From Anaeromyxobacter sp. (lineage in GTDB: Bacteria > Myxococcota > Myxococcia > Myxococcales > Anaeromyxobacteraceae): a stretch of DNA of 64,000 bases. The stretch is from the NCBI GenBank assembly GCA_049840735.1, contig JASGJN010000023.1:32001-96000 (forward strand), given 5' to 3'. The notes under the pieces were generated by a model. The model ran no database searches, was not told where the DNA came from, and was given only the letters and a program-made list of their open reading frames with translations. Shown here one piece after another: positions 9,092-18,974 of the stretch. Within the stretch, counting starts at the first letter, position 1. Each line of letters starts with the position of its first letter. The position numbers and the translations under genes are program-made.

Positions 9092-10876
9092 TCAGGGCGC
9101 GGCGGCCCGGGCCAGCGCCTCGCGCAGCTCGGCCACCGAGTAGGGCTTCTGCAGGAAGCCGGCGAAGCGCCCGCCGCGCTCGCGCCCCAGCGACGACTGC
9201 TCGTCGAAGCCGCTGGAGAGGATCACGCGCAGGCCGGGGGCGATGGCCAGCAGCGCGTCCAGCGTGGCCAGCCCGTCCATGCCCGGCATGGAGAGGTCGA
9301 GCAGCACCAGCCGCACCTCGCCAGGGCGGGCCCGGATCAGCGCCACCGCCTCCTGGCCGCCGGAGGCCGCGAGCACCGGCATGCCCAGCCGCCGCACCAT
9401 CGACTCGGCGGCACGCCGCACCAGCTCCTCGTCGTCCACCACCAGCACGGTCCCGGCGGCCGGCGGCGGACGGAGCGGCGCGGGGGTGAGGTGGGGCGCC
9501 GCCTCGGCGGGCGCGGTCGCGCCGGGCCGCACCGGAAAGAGCACCTTCACCCGGGTGCCGCGCCCGGGCGTGCTGTCCACGAACAGCGCGCCGCCGTGGC
9601 CGCGAACGATGCCCAGCAGCGCGGGCATGCCCAGCCCGCGCCCCACCGCCTTGGTGCTGAAGAACGGATCGAAGATCCGCGCCAGCGTGGCCTGGTCCAT
9701 GCCGCAGCCGTCGTCGGCGACCTCCAGCGCGACGTACGCCTCGGCCGGCCGCGCGTCGGCGACGCGGTTCCCCTCCAGCGCCCCGGGGCCGCCGGCCCGG
9801 CGCCCGGTGGTGATGGTGATGGTGCCGGGGCGCGCGCCGATGGCGTCGGCGGCGTTGGTGATGAGGTTCATCACCACCTGCTGGAGCTGCCCGACGTCCG
9901 CCTCGATGGGCGGGAGCCCCTCCGCCAGGTGCACGGCGATGGCGCAGGTGTGCGGGACGCTGGCCCGCAGCATGTGGGCGTTCTCCCGGACCAGCGCGCC
10001 CAGCTCCAGCGGGCGCACCACGAACCGGCCCTTGCCGGAGTAGGCCAGCAGCTGCCGGGTCAGGTCGGTGGCCCGCCGCGCCGCCCGCACCGCCTGCCGC
10101 AGCGGCTCGCGCGCCGGCGCGTCGGGCGTGAGGTCGCCCATGGCCAGGTCGAGGTTGCCCTGCATGGCCTGGAGCAGGTTGTTGAAGTCGTGGGCCACGC
10201 CGCCGGCCAGGATGCCCAGGCTCTCCAGCTTCTGCGCGTGGAGCAGCCGCCGCTCCAGCTCCAGCCGCTCGGCGTCGGCGCGGCGCGCCTCCTCGGCGGA
10301 GCGCTCCAGCGCCAGCGCCTGCGCGCGGCTGGCCTGGAAGAGCCGGGCGTTCTCGGTCGCCAGCGCCGCCAGGTTGGCCAGCGTCCGGCAGAGGTCCACC
10401 TCGTCCGGCCCGAGGGCGCGCGGCTCGATGGGCTCCGAGACGATCAGCACCCCCACCGCCTTGTCGCCGGCGAGCATGGGGCAGTAGAGGATGGTGCGGA
10501 GGTGGCGCTGGTCGGCGACGGCCCGCTCGGCCTCGGTCCACGCCTCGGCCTCGACGTCCGGCACCAGCAGCGGCGCGCGGGCCTGGAGCGACCGGCCGAC
10601 GTGCGGGTGGTCGGCCAGCGGCGCGACGCGGAGCTGGTCCGGGAAGCCCGGCGGCAGCGGCGGCGTGGTGGCCTCCAGCCGCAGCGTGGCGCCGTCGAGC
10701 AGGTAGACCGCGGCCGTGTCGAAGCCGGCCAGGCGGCACACGCCGTCGGTGGTGTGCTGGAGGATGCGGTCCAGCTCGAGCGTGGCGGCCAGCGCGCCGC
10801 TCACGTCCACCAGCGCGGCCAGGCCGGCTGCGCGCCGCTCCAGCGCCGAGAGGCTCTCCTGCCTGGCCTCGATCAT
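9092..10876 (-). CDS. Hybrid sensor histidine kinase (GAF-HisKA-HATPase-REC)
   Basis: GAF region; [14 protein letters not shown]-box; NLITNA, DDGCGM, FDPFFSTK; receiver VLVVDDE...LLDLSMPGMDG...KPY. Confidence 0.92.
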   Translation of the reverse strand: MIEARQESLSALERRAAGLAALVDVSGALAATLELDRILQHTTDGVCRLAGFDTAAVYLLDGATLRLEATTPPLPPGFPDQLRVAPLADHPHVGRSLQARAPLLVPDVEAEAWTEAERAVADQRHLRTILYCPMLAGDKAVGVLIVSEPIEPRALGPDEVDLCRTLANLAALATENARLFQASRAQALALERSAEEARRADAERLELERRLLHAQKLESLGILAGGVAHDFNNLLQAMQGNLDLAMGDLTPDAPAREPLRQAVRAARRATDLTRQLLAYSGKGRFVVRPLELGALVRENAHMLRASVPHTCAIAVHLAEGLPPIEADVGQLQQVVMNLITNAADAIGARPGTITITTGRRAGGPGALEGNRVADARPAEAYVALEVADDGCGMDQATLARIFDPFFSTKAVGRGLGMPALLGIVRGHGGALFVDSTPGRGTRVKVLFPVRPGATAPAEAAPHLTPAPLRPPPAAGTVLVVDDEELVRRAAESMVRRLGMPVLAASGGQEAVALIRARPGEVRLVLLDLSMPGMDGLATLDALLAIAPGLRVILSSGFDEQSSLGRERGGRFAGFLQKPYSVAELREALARAAAP

Positions 10877-11126
10877 CCCCGACCCTCGCGCGCGCACGCT
10901 GGGTACGCACGCGCGGAGCCTCGCACAGGCCTCCAGGAGCGGCAAGCGAGGCGCTGGGGCGTCTCGCCATGACGGGCCTGGCGCGCCCGCGACCCGGTCC
11001 CGGCACGGCACGGAGGGGCGGGTCGCCGCGCCCAGGTGATCTGTCCTAAGCTGGATGCAGGGGTCCTCCGCCGGCCGGGCCGGCCGCTCCCCGAGCCGCC
11101 GCCAGGGCGCGAGACCAGGAGACGTC

Positions 11127-11642
11127 ATGGAGCGCAGCGAGTGGATCGGGAAGCTCGAGCTGGTGCATGACGCCCTCCGGAGCGGCGCCGCGGTCCCGGA
11201 GGCGGAGCGCGCCTGGTACCGCCGCGCGCGGCAGGAGCTGCTGGCCGCGGCCGTCGCCGAGCAGAACGCGCCGGTGATCGGCGACGAGCGCCCGCGCAAG
11301 GCGCTGCGGCTGGAGCGGGCGGTGCCGGTGCGGCTGGGCGGCGACGGGCTGGCGCTGGACTGGATGACCACCGACCTGGGCATCGGCGGGTTCGCGGTGG
11401 CGACCTCCGCCCCGCTCGACCCGGACCGCGTCACCTGGGCCGAGCTGGACCTGCCCACCGGGCGCGTCGGGGCGCGGGTGCGGGTGGTGGGCGCGGTGGC
11501 CAGCGGCCCGCGCATGCGCGTCTCGTTCGCCTTCGAGGACCCGTCGCAGGCCGCCGCCGCCGCGCTGGGCGACTACGTGCTGGACGAGCTGCTCCCGCAG
11601 ATCGTCTTCTGGGACCAGGTGCTGGAGAAGGTCCGCTACTGA
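11127..11642 (+). CDS. PilZ domain-containing protein
   Basis: RKALR (RxxxR) and DLGIGG (DxSxxG-like) motifs after an N-terminal helical segment; AGGAG RBS. Confidence 0.7.
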   Translation: MERSEWIGKLELVHDALRSGAAVPEAERAWYRRARQELLAAAVAEQNAPVIGDERPRKALRLERAVPVRLGGDGLALDWMTTDLGIGGFAVATSAPLDPDRVTWAELDLPTGRVGARVRVVGAVASGPRMRVSFAFEDPSQAAAAALGDYVLDELLPQIVFWDQVLEKVRY

Positions 11643-11807
11643 GCGCCGCCTCGACGTCCGCGCCCTCGCGACGCGGGGCCCCGGCCAGCCCGCCCTGGGG
11701 CTCTGCGACCAAGGTCCAATCGTGACCGCCAGCGGCTCGCGGTAGCGGGTCGGGGCCAGGCTGCGCGGCGCCTGCCGCTCCACCCACCCTGGCCAGGAGG
11801 CGATCAC

Positions 11808-12398
11808 ATGCGCCGCTCCCTCTCGTCCGCTCTCCGCCTGGCCGCGCTCGGCCTGGTCCTCGCCTGCGCCAGCGCCGGCGTCCCCTACAAGACGGCCGAC
11901 CTGCCGCCCCAGGCACCCCCGGCGCAGGAGGAGAACCAGGCGCTGGGCGAGGTCGTGCTGACCATGAACGGCAACGCCCGCGGCCTGGCCTGGGGGCGCT
12001 GGCGCGTGTACGGCGCCGCCGCCGACCTGACCTACGTCGGCGAGAACACCTGGGGCGGCGAGCTCCTGGGCCGGCCGGTCCGGCTCACCGTCGCCAACGG
12101 CAAGATCACCGGCGCCGGCGTGAACCTGACCCTGGAGCAGTCGGGGAGCGACGTGACGCTGGGCGGGACCGTCTTCCAGCGCACCGTCCGGATCACCTAC
12201 GCGCCCGACGCCATCCGCGGCAAGACCGCCAGCGCCGGACCGGGCTTCGAGCTGCGGCGCGAGTCTCCCGACCGCTGGGCCGGCAACTGGGGCCCCGGCA
12301 ACATGCTCTTCGTGAACATGAAGGGCGCGGCGGGCAGCTACCCGCAGAGCCTCGAGGCGCCGCAGTTCCACCTGATCATGCTGGGGCTGCTGCTGTAG
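11808..12398 (+). CDS. Putative lipoprotein
   Basis: AGGAGG RBS; signal peptide with VLAC lipobox; beta-rich body. Confidence 0.75.
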   Translation: MRRSLSSALRLAALGLVLACASAGVPYKTADLPPQAPPAQEENQALGEVVLTMNGNARGLAWGRWRVYGAAADLTYVGENTWGGELLGRPVRLTVANGKITGAGVNLTLEQSGSDVTLGGTVFQRTVRITYAPDAIRGKTASAGPGFELRRESPDRWAGNWGPGNMLFVNMKGAAGSYPQSLEAPQFHLIMLGLLL

Positions 12399-12404
12399 CC
12401 GGGC

Positions 12405-13519
12405 TCACCCGCCGACCAGCCCGGTGGGCGGCGCGGCCGCGGCGGCGGAGGCCGGCGCGTCCCCGGAGGCGCCCAGCTCGCCCACCCAGCTGGAGAGCAG
12501 GGTCCAGGTGACGGCCAGCAGCACCGGGCCGACGAACAGCCCCACCACGCCGAAGGCGAACAGGCCGCCGATGACGCCGGCCATGATGAGCAGGAGCGGG
12601 AGGTCGGCGCCCTTCCTGATCAGCACCGGCCGGAGCACGTTGTCGAGCAGCCCCGCCACCACCGCGAAGACCAGCAGGAGGGTCCCGCGCACCGGCGCGC
12701 CGGTGGAGAAGAGCCAGATGGCGGTGGGCGCCAGCACCAGCATCGGGCCCAGCTGCGCGATGCAGAGCACGAAGGCGACCGCCGTCAGCACGCTCGCGTG
12801 CGGCACCTGCGCCACCGCGAGCCCCACGCCGGCGAGGAGCGTCTGCGCCAGGGCGGTGACCACGATGCCGAGCGCCACGGCGCGGATGGCCTTGGCCGCC
12901 AGCACGCCCACCTTCTCGCCCTGGTCCCCCGCCAGCCGGCGCAGGAAGCGGAGCACGCCGCGCGCGGCCGCCTCGCCGGACGACCACAGGATGGCGGAGA
13001 TCACCACCGTCAGCAGCAGCTGCACCACCGCCGCGCCCAGGCCGCCGGCGCTGGCGGCGATCCAGCGGGTGGCCTCGGCCACGTGCGGCGCCAGGCGCGC
13101 GGCCAGGCCGGCCGGATCGCCGGACAGGTCGGCCCATGCGGTCGAATCCGGTTCCCGACCAGCGGCAGCCCCTCCACCCAGGCCGGCGGCGGCGGCAGCC
13201 CGTTCACCGCGACCTCGCGGGCCGCGTTGGCCACGCCGTCGATGTTCTCGGCGATGGTGGAGAGCCCCAGCCAGATGGGGGCGATCACCACGGCGGCCAG
13301 GAGCACCACCAGCGTCGCCACCGCCAGCCCGCGGCGGCCGCCGAGGCGCCGCTGCACGCCCAGCAGCATGGGCCAGGTGGCGACGGTGATCATGGTCGCC
13401 CAGACCGTGGCCGCGACGAAGGGGAGGAGCACCCAGGTGCTGGCGGCGAACAGGAGGACGATGGACGCCACGCCCAGCGTGATGCGGGCGAGATCCTGCG
13501 AAGGCGGTCGGGCGAGCAC
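12405..13519 (-). CDS. AI-2E family transporter (YdiK-like; apparent -1 frameshift at ~13145)
   Basis: N-half (QDLARITL, WATMITVATWP, PPPPAWVEGLPLVG) and C-half (AIRAVALGIVVTAL, LDNVLRPVLIRKGADLP, GLFVGPV) lie in different frames; adding C to GATTCG gives ATC TCG ACC GCA TGG; start approximate. Confidence 0.85.
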
Positions 13520-13673
13520 GGGAACCCTCCTGGACAGCGGGTGGCCGGATTCTACCGCCACCCGTCACCGCCGGTGGCGGCGACGGGGGTGATGGGGCCA
13601 AGGGCGTATCCTGCCCCGCGGCTCCCCGGCAGCCGGGCGCGAGGACGGCCCCGCTCCAGGCAGGGCGCCTTGC

Positions 13674-13856
13674 TCAGGCGGCGTGCTCGCTGGGCAGCGC
13701 GGCCGGGTCCAGCTCCGGCAGCTCGACCAGCGCAGCCCAGCGCCGCTCCTCGGCGTCCTGCAGCGCGTGCCCGCAGCGCATGAACAGCCCGAGCAGCCCG
13801 GAGAACAGCACCGAGCCCACCAGCCAGGCCAGGGCGGCCAGAAGCAACCCGCTCAT
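13674..13856 (-). CDS. Small single-TM membrane protein (60 aa)
   Basis: GGGAGG RBS before ATG; hydrophobic N-terminal helix; typical codon usage. Confidence 0.55.
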   Translation of the reverse strand: MSGLLLAALAWLVGSVLFSGLLGLFMRCGHALQDAEERRWAALVELPELDPAALPSEHAA

Positions 13857-13987
13857 CGACGCCTCCCGTGTTCGGCCTGCCCATCATCGGCGGAATCGGG
13901 CGGGGCGATCCAGAAAGCGTCCTTCGACTTGGCGCCCGGCGTGCGGGCGCCGCGCTGGGGAGGACCGGCCGCACGCTGCCCGGCCGC

Positions 13988-15763
13988 CTACGGCGCCACG
14001 GGCGTGAGCACCGCCGCGTGGAGGCGCCCGCCCTCGTCGCGGCCGCCCACCACCAGCCGGCCGTCGGAGGCCAGCCCCGTCACCCACTCGAAGAGGAAGC
14101 CGGGGTCGGGGGAGACCAGGCCGTGCAGGTCCTGGAGGTGGCCGCCGCGCCAGCGCATGGCGTGGGTGAAGCCGCTGCGCCGGAGCGCCGTGCCGAAGCC
14201 GCTGCCGGCCCCGTCCACCAGCGAGAAGGAGAGGGAGTAGTCGTCCTCCTCGGGGTCCACGCGGGTGAGCTGCCGGGTGGTGAGGTCGAGCAGGTAGCCC
14301 TGGCTGCGCTTGCCAGCGCCCTCGCAGCTGCCGGCCACCCACCCGGTGCCGGAGAGGCCGAGGGCGTCGGCGCGAGGCGGGAGGCCGAGGTCCTGCGCCA
14401 CGCCGTCCACGAAGCGGACCGCCAGCTCGCCGCTGGCGCCGACCAGCCGCCCCGCGTCGTCGATGGCGCTGGCGGAGCTGCTCTCCGGCGACCCGGGCAG
14501 GCCCGTGAGCAGGGCCAGGCCGTCGCCGGAGGCGACGAAGCCGCGGCTGGGGCTGCCGTCGCCGGGGAGCGTGAAGCCCACCACCGTGCCGCCTGAGTCC
14601 ACGGCGGTCGGGACGGCCGGGCCGCCGGTGTCCACCGGCGTGAGCGCGCCGTCCTGGTAGCGGTAGACCAGGTTGTCCGCGTCCCGGATGACCACCAGGC
14701 CGGCGCCGTTGACCGCGTCCGCGTAGGCCGGCCGGTCGGTGGGCGGCAGCAGGGCCAGCTCACCGGTGCCGGCGCGGTAGAAGAACGGGTGCGCCTGCCC
14801 GTCGTCGGGCACGACGTAGCCGACCACGTCCCCCCCGGCGTTCATGTCCGTCGCGACCACCTGGCCGTCGCTGGAGACGATCTCGGTCACGGTGTACTCC
14901 GGCGCCGGCGCGAACCCGGCCTCGACGCTGGTGTCGGCCGCCAGCGCGACCGTGCAGGGATCGGTGCCGGTGCAGCCGCCGCTCCAGCCGGCGAAGACCG
15001 AGCCCTGGGCTGGAGCGGCGATGAGGGTCACCTGCGTCCCCTGGTCGAACGGGGCCGAGCAGGTGTCCCCGCAGTCGATGCCGGCGGGCGCGCTGGTGAC
15101 CGTGCCGCTCCCCGCGCCGCTCCGGGCGACGGTGAGGGTGTGGCGCGCGGGCGGGGGAGGGGGCTCGAAGCGCGCCGAGACCACCACGTCCACGTCCAGC
15201 GTCACCTGGCAGGGGTCGGTGCCGGAGCAGGCGCCGCCCCAGCCGGCGAAGGTGGACCCATCGGCGGCCGTCGCGGTGAGGGTCACCTCCGTCCCCTCGT
15301 CGAACGGGGCCGCGCAGGCCGTGCCGCAGTCGAGGCCGCCCGGCGCGCTGCGCACCGTCCCGGCCCCGTCTCCCTGGGAGAGGACGGTGAGGACGTGCTG
15401 GCCCGGCGGCGGCGCCGGCGCGGCCGCGAAGTGGGCGGTGACGGTGGTCTCGGCGGAGATGGTCAGGGCGCAGGCCTCGGTGCCGGTGCAGGCCCCCTCC
15501 CAGCCCGACAGCACCTGCCCCTCGGCCGGCTGGGCCAGCAGCGTGAGCTGCCCGCCGGGCGACACCGCCAGCTCGCAGCTCGCGTCGCACCGCTGCGTGA
15601 CGGCGCCGTCCACCGCGACGCTGCCTGACCCATCGACGACCAGGTGGACCGGGATGGTCCCGGGCGGCGGGCCGCTCCCGCCCACCTCTCCGGGCGGGCT
15701 CCCGGATCCGCAGCCCGCAGCCACCAGCAGCCCCAGCACCCCGGCCCAGCGCGCGTGACGCAT
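13988..15763 (-). CDS. Lipoprotein with three InlB B-repeat-like domains and a HAF-repeat-like beta-propeller
   Basis: VAAGC lipobox; 3x 'G.GTV.S.P.G.DCG..C.A.F..GT.VTL.A...GS.FAGW.G.C.GT..C.V' repeats; C-terminal N..G.VVG/HPF/HAM repeats. Confidence 0.8.
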   Translation of the reverse strand: MRHARWAGVLGLLVAAGCGSGSPPGEVGGSGPPPGTIPVHLVVDGSGSVAVDGAVTQRCDASCELAVSPGGQLTLLAQPAEGQVLSGWEGACTGTEACALTISAETTVTAHFAAAPAPPPGQHVLTVLSQGDGAGTVRSAPGGLDCGTACAAPFDEGTEVTLTATAADGSTFAGWGGACSGTDPCQVTLDVDVVVSARFEPPPPPARHTLTVARSGAGSGTVTSAPAGIDCGDTCSAPFDQGTQVTLIAAPAQGSVFAGWSGGCTGTDPCTVALAADTSVEAGFAPAPEYTVTEIVSSDGQVVATDMNAGGDVVGYVVPDDGQAHPFFYRAGTGELALLPPTDRPAYADAVNGAGLVVIRDADNLVYRYQDGALTPVDTGGPAVPTAVDSGGTVVGFTLPGDGSPSRGFVASGDGLALLTGLPGSPESSSASAIDDAGRLVGASGELAVRFVDGVAQDLGLPPRADALGLSGTGWVAGSCEGAGKRSQGYLLDLTTRQLTRVDPEEDDYSLSFSLVDGAGSGFGTALRRSGFTHAMRWRGGHLQDLHGLVSPDPGFLFEWVTGLASDGRLVVGGRDEGGRLHAAVLTPVAP

Positions 15764-15895
15764 CGTGAACCCCCCGGCCAAGGTAAGGCGGGGCCGGGGC
15801 GCAGCGCCAGGGACGGGGGACGCGGCGGTCGGAGGGGGGGCGGGCGGGGGAGGGGCTGGGCGCCCCTGCCACCGGACCCGGACCCGGATCCGCCG

Positions 15896-17047
15896 CTACG
15901 GCACCGTCAGCGCGACCGGCGTGTCCGCCCCGCCCACGACGGTGGCCGGCTGGGTGGCCCCGGTGACCACGCTCTCCGAGCCGTCGTCGGCCAGCGTGCG
16001 GCGCTGGGCCCCGACGCTGTAGGCCCCCGCCGGCAGGGACGCGAACCCGAACGTCTCCGCGCCGGCGGCCACCAGGCCCGGCGTGGTGCGGATCACGAAC
16101 GCGGCAGGCGTCCCGCCGGCGTCCAGCACCTGCCAGAGCACGACGGTGTCCGCGTCCGCCTCGCCGGCCGCGGGGGCCACCGTGCCGGCGATCCCGCCCA
16201 CCGCGGGCGCGGCGGTGAAGGCGGCGTCGCGGGTCACCACCGGGGCGGCCTCGGTCAGCGTGATCGCGCCGCTGGCCGCGGCCAGGTAGCTCACCTCGCC
16301 CACCACCGGCTGGGCCACCACGTTCACCGCGACGCCCAGCGGCACCAGGTCGAGCGCGTAGCGCCCCTCGCCGTCGGTGGAGGTGGCGCGCAGCACGGCC
16401 GGGGCGCCGCCGGCGTCGTGCACCTGGGCCATGACGGTCACTCCGGGCAGCGGCGCGCCGCCGGCGCCGTCGACCAGCTGCCCATGGATGGTGCCGGTGA
16501 CCGTGCGGTCCACGGCGCGGATCACCGGGCGCAGGATGTACTTGCCGCTCTTGCCGGCCTCGTGGACGAACACCGACCGGTGCGCGTCGAAGTCGATGAA
16601 GATGTCGGCGGTGGTGCCGGGCGCCACGTCCACGTCCACGGTGAGCTTGATGCCGGACTGCTGGCCGGAGGGGACCTTCAGCGGCTCCGGCGTGCCGTCC
16701 GCCAGCACCACCGAGTTGTCCGGGCCCAGCACCAGCCGCAGCTGGCCGTAGTGGCCGGCCGGCAGCGTCACGCCGTCCGCGAGCGTGGCCACCACGCCGC
16801 CGGTGAGCGAGAGCAGGTCGATGACGCGGTGGGGCTCCGACAGCGTGACCCAGCCGTCGGCCGTGGCGATCTCCACGGCCCGGACGTCCACGTTCACCTG
16901 CTGGTACTCGCTGGTGGGCGCGTCCACCAGGTGCACGCTGAGCCGCCCCGTGCCTCCGCCGGCGCCGGCGCCGCCGCTCCCGCTCCCGCAGGCCCCCGCC
17001 GCCAGGGCCATGGCCAGCGCCGCCGCACGCTCGATCATCCGCGTCAT
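15896..17047 (-). CDS. DUF4382 domain lipoprotein with C-terminal beta-sandwich domains
   Basis: AAGAC lipobox; LVDAP, LPAGHYGQLRLVL, LKVPSGQQSGIKL, DFDAHRS, YILRPVIR. Confidence 0.85.
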   Translation of the reverse strand: MTRMIERAAALAMALAAGACGSGSGGAGAGGGTGRLSVHLVDAPTSEYQQVNVDVRAVEIATADGWVTLSEPHRVIDLLSLTGGVVATLADGVTLPAGHYGQLRLVLGPDNSVVLADGTPEPLKVPSGQQSGIKLTVDVDVAPGTTADIFIDFDAHRSVFVHEAGKSGKYILRPVIRAVDRTVTGTIHGQLVDGAGGAPLPGVTVMAQVHDAGGAPAVLRATSTDGEGRYALDLVPLGVAVNVVAQPVVGEVSYLAAASGAITLTEAAPVVTRDAAFTAAPAVGGIAGTVAPAAGEADADTVVLWQVLDAGGTPAAFVIRTTPGLVAAGAETFGFASLPAGAYSVGAQRRTLADDGSESVVTGATQPATVVGGADTPVALTVP

Positions 17048-17273
17048 GTCTTCCCTCGATGCTGCCGGCCGCGACCTGCGCCGGCGGATCCGTCGGGCGC
17101 ACCGTGCGCCCTCCCTCCAGACGTGCAGGCGCGCCTGCGGTTGCGTCCGGGACGGGGCGGACCCGCACCGGGGGTGTATGTTTGCCCCGGCGAGGGGCAC
17201 CGCCCCGCCGGCGGGTGCGGCGGGGTGGCGCTCGACGCCCCCGGTGGCCGCCCGTTTCGGCTACAGTGCGGCC

Positions 17274-18932
17274 GTGCGCTTCGCCGATCTGCCCATCCAC
17301 CCCGCCCTCCGTGCCACCATCGACGCCCGCGGCTACGAGGAGCCGACCGCGGTCCAGGCCGCGGTGCTGGGGCCCGAGCTCCGAGGGCGCGACCTGCTGG
17401 TCTCCTCCCGGACCGGCTCCGGCAAGACCATCGCCTTCGGCATGGTGCTGGCCGACACGCTGATCGCCGAGGCGCCGACGTTCGGGCCGGCCGGGCCGCC
17501 CGCCGCGCTGGTGGTGGCGCCCACCCGCGAGCTGGCGCTGCAGGTGCAGCGCGAGCTCTCCTGGCTGCTGGCCGAGGCGGGGGCGCGCGTGGTGGCCTGC
17601 GTGGGCGGCATGGACCCGCGGCGCGAGGCGCGGCTGCTGGCCGCCGGCACGCACGTGGTGGTGGGCACGCCGGGGCGCCTGCGCGACCACCTCGACCGCC
17701 GCAACCTCGACCTCTCCGCGCTGGGCGTGCTGGTGCTGGACGAGGCGGACGAGATGCTGGACATGGGCTTCCGCGAGGAGCTGGAGGCGCTGCTCTCCGG
17801 CGCCCCGGCCGAGCGGCGCACGCTCCTCTTCTCGGCCACGCTGCCCAAGCCCATCCTCGAGCTGGCCAAGCGCTACACCCGCGAGCCGGCCCGGGTGGCC
17901 GCCACGCCGGCGGAGGCCCACGCCGACATCACCTACCGCGCCCACCTGGTCTCGCCGCGCGAGCGCGAGCACGCGGTCGTGAACGTGCTGCGCCTGCTCG
18001 AGCCGCGCAGCGCGCTGGTCTTCTGCAGCACGCGCGAGGGGGCGCACCACACCGGCGCCAGCCTGGAGGAGCGCGGCTTCGAGGCGGTGGCCATCTCCGG
18101 CGAGCTGACCCAGGCCGAGCGGCTGCGGGCGCTCAAGTCGCTGCGCGACGGCCGCGCGCGCGTGCTGGTGGCCACCGACGTGGCCGCCCGCGGCCTGGAC
18201 CTGCCCGGCATCGAGCTGGTGCTCCACGCCGACCCGCCCCGCGACCCGGCCGCGCTGCAGCACCGCAGCGGCCGGACCGGCCGCGCCGGCCGCAAGGGGC
18301 TGGCGGTGGTGCTGGCCGGGCCGTCCGAGCGCTACAAGCTCGAGTCGATGCTGCGCGCCGCGAAGATCCAGGCGGAGTGGCGCCCGGTGCCCACCGCCGA
18401 CGAGATCCGGGCCCGCGACGAGGAGCGGCTGGCCGCGGAGGTGGCGGCGCTGGCGGGCGAGGCCACCGAGGAGGAGCTGGCGGTGGCGCGGCGGCTGCTG
18501 GAGGAGCGCGCCCCGCTGCTGCTGGCCGCGGCCCTGGTGCGGCGGGAGCGGGCGCGCCTGCCCGCGCCGGAGGAGCTGCCCGAGACCGCCCGCGCCGCGC
18601 GCGAGGTGCCGGCCCACCGGGGCCCGCGCCCCGACGCCGCCACGCGCCGGGCCGCCAAGCAGGACGGGGTCTGGTTCCGGATCACGCTGGGGCGGGAGAA
18701 GAACGCCGACCCGCGCTGGATCCTCCCGCTGCTCTGCCGCCGCGGCGAGATCACCCGCGACGAGATCGGCAAGATCATCATCCTGCCCGGCGAGACCCGC
18801 TTCGAGATCACCAAGGCCGCCTCGGTGAAGTTCTCGAAGAACGCCCGCCGCCCCGACCCGCGCGCCCCCGGCGTGCGGATCGAGCCGCTGCGCGTCGGCG
18901 GCGACAAGCCGCCGGCGCGGTCGCGGAGCTGA
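17274..18932 (+). CDS. DEAD-box RNA helicase with DbpA-type C-terminal RNA-binding domain
   Basis: TGSGKT, PTRELA, TPGR, DEAD, SAT, ARGLD, HRSGRTGRAG; GTG start at 17274. Confidence 0.95.
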   Translation: MRFADLPIHPALRATIDARGYEEPTAVQAAVLGPELRGRDLLVSSRTGSGKTIAFGMVLADTLIAEAPTFGPAGPPAALVVAPTRELALQVQRELSWLLAEAGARVVACVGGMDPRREARLLAAGTHVVVGTPGRLRDHLDRRNLDLSALGVLVLDEADEMLDMGFREELEALLSGAPAERRTLLFSATLPKPILELAKRYTREPARVAATPAEAHADITYRAHLVSPREREHAVVNVLRLLEPRSALVFCSTREGAHHTGASLEERGFEAVAISGELTQAERLRALKSLRDGRARVLVATDVAARGLDLPGIELVLHADPPRDPAALQHRSGRTGRAGRKGLAVVLAGPSERYKLESMLRAAKIQAEWRPVPTADEIRARDEERLAAEVAALAGEATEEELAVARRLLEERAPLLLAAALVRRERARLPAPEELPETARAAREVPAHRGPRPDAATRRAAKQDGVWFRITLGREKNADPRWILPLLCRRGEITRDEIGKIIILPGETRFEITKAASVKFSKNARRPDPRAPGVRIEPLRVGGDKPPARSRS

Positions 18933-18974
18933 CGGGCCCGCCCGCCCCGGGGCCGGGGCGGGCGGAAGCCGGCA

